NCBI GenBank assembly: GCA_013239625.1
Contig: MU054117.1
Coordinates: 1,920,011 to 1,984,010 of the forward strand
DNA length: 64,000 nucleotides
Source of the DNA: Lama guanicoe
Lineage: Eukaryota
Direction of reading: 5' to 3'
Positions 55,961 through 64,000 of this stretch are shown in pieces. The number at the start of each line of letters is the position of its first letter. Within the stretch, counting starts at the first letter, position 1. Made by a program: the position numbers and the translations under genes. The notes beneath the pieces were generated by a model, which was given only the letters and a program-made list of their open reading frames with translations, did not search any database and was not told the DNA's origin.

Positions 55961-56160
55961 TGTTATGTCTAGTTTTATATGTTAACTTGGAGGTGCTTTT
56001 GGATGAGATTAACATCTAATCAATGAACTTTGAGTGAAGCAGGTTGCTCTCCATGAGTGGGTTTCATTCAGTCAGTCTAAAGCTTGAATAGAACTAAAAG
56101 TCAGCCTCCTCCAGCAAGATGGAATTCTCCTGAAGACTGCCTTCAAATTTCATCTGGTCC
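55961..56160 (+). mobile_element. MLT2-like LTR fragment
   Basis: TGTTATG..TTTTATATGTTAACTTGG..GGATGAGATTAACATCTAATCAATGAACTTTGAGTGAAGCAG. Confidence 0.65.
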
Positions 56161-56999
56161 GTGAAGAACCAGTAGGAATTTAGTCAGAAAGGGCATAGAG
56201 GAAATGGTGGGGTGGGGTCTGACAGGTAACATCTGTGAAGGCTGAAGTGACAGAAAACATGGTGCATTAAAGCCACCACAAAAATGTCTGTATGAGGGGA
56301 AACCTAGGAGTAGGTTAGCACATAATAAAGAAGGAGTTCGGAGTTGTTGAGTTTGGAGATGAAAATGACAGGAAGAATTCTGGACTTTAGACAAAGCAGT
56401 CTGATCAGCCAGTGGAGAGGGATTTGACAGGGGGCAAGAACTGAGCTGTTAATCATAGCCCAGGTGGGAGAGAACATAAATTGGGATAGTGATAACTTGG
56501 ATGGAGAGACATGGGTGGATTTAAGACTTTCACGTGATAGAATCTCCAGATTTGACACAGAACTGTATGCAGGTAGTGAGGGAGCAGGAGTTAAGGATTA
56601 TTTTTCATTTTCTGGCTCAGGCAACTGAGTAGATGGATGAATTCATTCATGTAAACTGGAAACACTGAAAAAGCAGTGGGGAACTATGAGTTCAAGGAAC
56701 CTTGAGTTGATCAAAGTGGAGTTGTCTAGTAGGTGGCTAGATGTACTGGCTTGTAGCTTAGGACAGGAGTCCAGACTGGAAGTACAGACTTGGGAGTCAT
56801 CAGCCATAGTTGGCAGTTTAGATCCTTCGGGAAGCTGAGATTGCACAGGGAGTAGAACAAGCCCGAAGTCAGTCAGCCTTCCGGTAAGTATTTAATACGA
56901 GAACCACTCTTTCATGGCTTCTTCTTTAATCCTTTCTGCGTTACTCTCCGCAACCTGGAGGAAGTGGGGAAGTGGAGATGGACACCAGCATACAGATTT

Positions 57000-58360
<1,361 letters not shown>

Positions 58361-58778
58361 CTTAAATATTTGCAGGCCTCATCTCAGGGCTAAGCTTTCT
58401 TAAGGGGTAATCTGAGTCCTGGTTATCCCCTCGGATGGTATCATCAGACAAGAACCCCAGACTGATGACTGCTGCGACGAGAAAGCCTGCCTGGGGGAGA
58501 AGGAGCAGCGTTTATTTTTTAAATTTAGGGGTTTAGAAAGAATTTGTCAGTAATGGAGGTGGAAGAAAACGTAGAAATTTTTTCATGTGAGGAACCATGA
58601 AGCAAAGATTTACGCATCGCAGATATTGCAAATAACTGGGTTTCCCTTGAGGTTAATTATAATCTCCTCTGTCTACGGTAAGGAAAGCAGACACTACCCC
58701 TTGTTTGGGGAGAATTACTGCCCCAAGAGGCCGAGGATTCGCTCAAGGTCAAAAGATTTTTTCTCTACCCCCTAGACC

Positions 58779-58960
58779 AGTGCTTTCCAGCTCATGTTCC
58801 CGGTCTACCTGCACCAGGGTCGGCCGGATGCTTGTTAATAAGCAGATCCCTAGGCCTGATTCCCAGATAGAATCAGTTTCTGGATATGGAAGTTCTAGAA
58901 TCTCCTTTTCTAGCAAGTAGCTCATGGTTCTTAATGCACATTAAGGTTTGTGAACCGTTG
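58779..58960. mobile_element. MER5A-like hAT MITE
   Basis: CAGTGCTTTCCA..GCTTGTTAATAAGCAGAT..GAATCAG..ATGCACATTAAGGTTTGTGAACC. Confidence 0.6.
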
Positions 58961-60419
58961 CCTTCGTGCTTCTTAAAGGGACACCTTGCTTTATGTTTTG
59001 TCTCCTAGTAATGAAAATAAAATACTGTCCTTTTACCTGTTTTTGCATTTTAAAAAGCCTTTGCATTCGCCACAAACTACCACAGTGGTGTGCAGCACAG
59101 TGAATAAAAAGAGCTCAGATAGGAGGGAGGAGGAAGAGCTGACTTAGCACTTACAGCTTGTTTCATTTAATGCTTTCTGAAGCCCCAGTAGGTAAATAAG
59201 GTCTCATTTTACAGTTGAGGCCAGTCTGGATGAGTTAAATAACTTACCAGATGTGTGATCTTGGGCAGTGGCAAAGGAGATGTCGAATCCAGATCAGTCT
59301 ATTTGGTTCTAAACCCAGACAGGCTACTCCATTATGCTCAGTGAATCTGAGTAAGATTACAGACTCTCAGTTGCAAGCAAAGGATTAACAAATAATTTCT
59401 ATAATGTGTTACCATCCTCCAAAAGCTTCACTTAACTCTTTTTTCTAGGAAGATTACCCAATATTGGCAAAACCTTAAGCACTTAAGTTATTCCTAAACC
59501 ATATTTTCATCTACTCTATTGCCTTAATGAATTAGAAATTCTCTTCAAGGTTCCCTTTGGTTAAAAAAAGCATTCATAACTTTCTACTACTGAGAAAAAG
59601 TTGAAATAATATATTTGTTAACGTGTTTGTGTCACATTATTGTTGAAAGTAAATGTTGTTTACAAGCAGAATTTAGTTTCTGTATTGGTGGATTGCTTTA
59701 GTTTCCAAGGTAAGAAAAATTTTTGACTGCTTTTTGCATTTTAAAGAGATTTACTATTATTTGGGGCAAGTCAAACTGTGTTCTCTGAAACTCTACTTGA
59801 AATGTGCTCATTTCACTTATACTACATCTCCAATCTGGAAATCGTTATTGTTTTGTGGGTTTGCTTACTTTAAAAAAAAAAAAAACATTTGGGTACCCGG
59901 AAGCTGGGCTTTGAGCAAAACATTTACATAACAGACTTTAAAGTGCTGTGTCTCATTACACGTGAGTGAAAAACACGTTACCCAGTTACATGAGTACTTT
60001 TTACAAGTTACTTTTTAGTCTTTAATTTTACCCTTTTTTGTTTTTTTCAAATTCTATTTTCTCTATAATTTGATAGACTTGGATGTTTGTTAGAGGCTGT
60101 ATTGACATGTAAGCTTTTTGCATCCCTCTTGAATTGGGGAAAGCATGATTGGGATGTAAATAATGGGACTTGTGAGATTCAGAAGGAAGTAGATAAATAA
60201 TTTTAATGTTAGAATACTAGAGGTAAGTAATTGGAGATAAGTAGTAATACATCCTTTTATCTAAAAAGATGGTGCTTTTTCTGTCTCTACAGTAATGACT
60301 TATAAGTTGATCTGTTGTCATGATTTGTACAACTCACAAATTAAGGGAATGAATAAATTAAGAGAATGAATAGTGCATTCCTTGCTTATTAACCAATGTT
60401 AAATTTTTTTTCTACTTAG

Positions 60420-60545
<126 letters not shown>

Positions 60546-61602
60546 TGAGGGTTCCAGGTAGAGAACTTGGAGAAGCTCATGTTCATGGCTCAGAATTAAT
60601 GTTAATTGGGACTGAATGGAAGGAAGTTTCTGATTTAAAAAATATTTTTGTTGAAAGTAGTTATTACAGTTTTTCTACTTAACTGGGATTATGGGAAACC
60701 ATCTCCAGCCATGTTTTTCATAGTGGAAATACCCAGTGGTTAGCTTGAGAGGCCTGGAATTCTTGAGTTTTGCCCTCTTGAGTGCTTATTATTCTACTAA
60801 AATTTTTTTATTAATGTTGGAAGATTCTATATCCTGTAGTCTTTGGAAAATAGTTTCAAAAATTCTTCTGCCAAGAAAAAAACCTAGTTTTCAAAGTTTT
60901 TTCCTTTTCCTGGGCTCTAACTGAACTTTTCTAGGACTCTTAATCTGATTTATTAAGATCTCTATTTAAATATTACTGATCTCTTAAATTTTCTAAGTTG
61001 AGGCCTATTTAGATATTGCTGTTGTTCCTGCCTGCCAGACTTTGAGGAGATTCTTCAACGTAATCAAAAACTTTAAGAGTACAGGGGAGAAATCTTAGAT
61101 TTTAATATGTCATGCTGAGTCGTTCTTTTTTCTCCCCTGATGCTCCTAAGATACTTACTTTTTTGAGATTTCAATATCTGTTTTTTTCCTTTAGTCCCTA
61201 GTAATAAGATACTTGATGAAGGAGCTTAGTATCAGTGAGGTGGAGAGTTGGTGTACCTGAAGTGTGCATGTTATCTACAGATGAAATGGCAGGCTTAGAA
61301 TGTTTAGGAAGAGAATAATCTGATATCCTAAATTTTCTGATTAGCTTAATGTTAACTTTAAAAACAAATTGCTTTGGTTGATAAATATGAGAACCTTTCA
61401 CATATTAAAATAACTTTTTTGGCTTAACAAAATTTAGTGGAAGTATTTTGTTTCTTTTTTATTGACTTATTACAAGATTGGACTCAGCAATAATGAAGCC
61501 TGAATTTCTTTAGAGAAATGACTACCTTTATTAAGTAAAACTCATTTATTTTCAGCCATAACTTAGTTCTTATTTCTGATTTGTTTATTTTAATAATCTT
61601 AG

Positions 61603-61857
<255 letters not shown>

Positions 61858-64000
61858 TAAATGGAAATGGCAGCTCTCTCACCTTATTTTTAGAACCTAT
61901 TTCGTAAATTTGTTGCGAGATTAATTTTTAGTGACTTAGGTCAGTAGGCTGTATCTGCACAGCACACAAAAGAAACGGCACCAGCCCGCTAAGGCTACCG
62001 TGTGTTTGACGTATGATGTCCTGCGTTGAGCTTGCCGTCGTCTTTCCTACTTCTTGGTTGGAAACTTGGTGCATTAAGGAGGTTAGTGTTACTCAGCGTC
62101 CTCACGTGTGGTACGAATCAGCCACGTTAATACCTGTGCCGCTCGTGTGCTGTGACTGGTTCCTCGTACCAGTTTTTGTTTTTCTTGGGGTTAATAGTCC
62201 CCCTTCCTTTTTTCGTTTTTCACGTTTTCATTGTGATCATCGTAAATTTATTTTCAGATTTTCCAGGCGAGTAAATCTCTCAGTATGCTTTCACCCTTCC
62301 CATAATCTGCTAGCTTCACTTTCTTCTAGGAGCCATTCCTCTGGAGTCTCAGTCCAGATTGATTCTTCTTAATGTCTGCTGTCAGCCTAGAACTTCTTTT
62401 GCTCTTAGCATTCTGGAAGTTCCCTTTGCGTCTCTCTTTGTTTGGAAGGTCTTCCTACTACTTGGTTTACTCCTATTTTGGTGAAAATGTCTTCTGCTAG
62501 TTTGATGAGCAAGCATGTAAATGGAATGTAAACTTTGCTTATCTGAAAATATTCTCCTCTTCAACTTTATTCGTAGTTGGGTGGGTTTAGAAGTCCAAAT
62601 TAAATTGCACATCATTTTGTTTTAGTACTTCCAAAGCTTTACTCCGTAATTTAGCTTCTGCTGTTGCTGTTGAGAAGAGTGGTGCTATGCTAATTCTGTT
62701 CCTCTGTGTGTGACCCATGTCTTGAAGGCACAGGGTCTATTCTTCGTTCCCAGTGCGTTGAGACTTCACAGTGATAGGCACTGGTATGTGTTAATTTTCA
62801 TTGCACTTGATAACCCTTCTTATCTAAACTCAAGTCTTTGAGATCTTGTAACTTGTATTAATTCTTGGACAGTTTTCTCTCTTTTTGAACTCTTATATTA
62901 GTTGGATATTAGACTATTAGACTGATGCTCTAGTTTACGTACCTGTTTCTTTTGTAGGTTAGTGTTCCTTCTTTTCAGATTCTCCTGAGAGTAAACCTTC
63001 AGTCTTCTGCTGGGTTGGAGAGGGTTAGTCATCTGGCTGTGCTGACTGGAGGAGATCTGATTACTTTTATACAGGTTTTCAGCCAATCCTGTTCTTTTAA
63101 AATTTAATTGTAAAGTTACTGCTGCTTCCATTTCTTGAGCCTCTCCAGCTTCTGTTGTTGCAAAAGCTTCTCCTTGGCTTTCTTCTGTTGCAAGGCCTGG
63201 GGCTTTGTTGTTTGTTTTTCTGTTTTTGCTTGCTGAGCTATCATTCATCCATTTGCTTTTGTCTCTTGGTCTGTTTGTTTTCTTGGGAGTATGTCTTTTT
63301 GTTCATTTACTGTCTTTTTAGTGGAGCTTTGAGAGTGAGTTTTCAAATAGAAGACTGCTACTACTTTTTGTTTATTAAAATTGTCTCTTACTAGCTGGAC
63401 TGACTTTTTCATTGGAGTGAAATTTCGGCCTTGATTGATGTTACTCTTTCATTAAGTTTTAAGGGCTTGTCTTCATTGTGTTCAATTTTAGTGTACCATG
63501 TACCTTTTCATAGGGCATCAGTTATAGTGACATTTTTCTAATGACAGTGGTGTAATAAATTGCACGGCAGATGTTTGGAATAAATGGTTTATATTTTGAA
63601 ATTATGCATGATAATCCTTGAATCTCTCAGGTGAAGAAAAGCCAGTGTAAGGCTTGATGTGTTTTTGTGGTATTGGTCCTGATTAGATTGTTAGAGTATT
63701 ATAAACGTCTGAATCCCAAGTCCTGCTCCGATGTCCTTGTAAGAGACTTTTGTCTTATTCTTGTCTGTACCCTGACTGGGTCGTTTTCACAGCCGTGGGC
63801 CGGGAGTCATGAGAACTGGTGGGAGGCCCAGGATCCATGCAGCAGTGTCACTGCTGGTGGAGATTTGGCTTGAAGTGCTTTGAACACAAAGCGGATTGTT
63901 ATGTAGGGGTGATGACTGTGCTGGATGATACAGATTAGTGAGAGGGCTTGTTTCCCCTCTGCCATTTACTGCTCCTCCCCACTTGCTTCAGCCACACTGG

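Overview
Mammalian euchromatic DNA, almost certainly from a camelid (alpaca/llama/camel), judged from about ten copies of a tRNA-derived Vic-1-type SINE. Gene order matches human 12p13.33. The window holds: (i) the first coding exon, CpG-island promoter and ~17.7 kb of intron 1 of B4GALNT3 (minus strand; a 190-N gap hides the likely 5'UTR/TSS); (ii) the complete coding sequence of CCDC77 (minus strand; 11 coding exons, 1479 nt, 492 aa, all GT-AG and phase-consistent) with its own CpG promoter at ~49.2 kb and a probable second first exon at the KDM5A promoter; (iii) coding exons 1-3 of KDM5A (plus strand, JmjN and start of ARID), head-to-head with CCDC77. The remainder is intronic/intergenic DNA with SINE, L1, L2/MIR, LTR and DNA-transposon remnants. 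Nearly all ORFs in the supplied track are chance ORFs of GC-rich DNA. I found no evidence of a wholly new gene system. The best leads are regulatory and evolutionary: a strong-context uORF in the KDM5A leader, an orphan CpG-rich element between the two promoters, a solo ERV1/MER41-like LTR next to the CCDC77 promoter, a perfect 48-bp palindrome with a mirrored interruption, a local AT-to-GC substitution bias, and an altered CCDC77 N-terminus. Comparisons to human proteins and repeat consensuses are from memory, not database searches.
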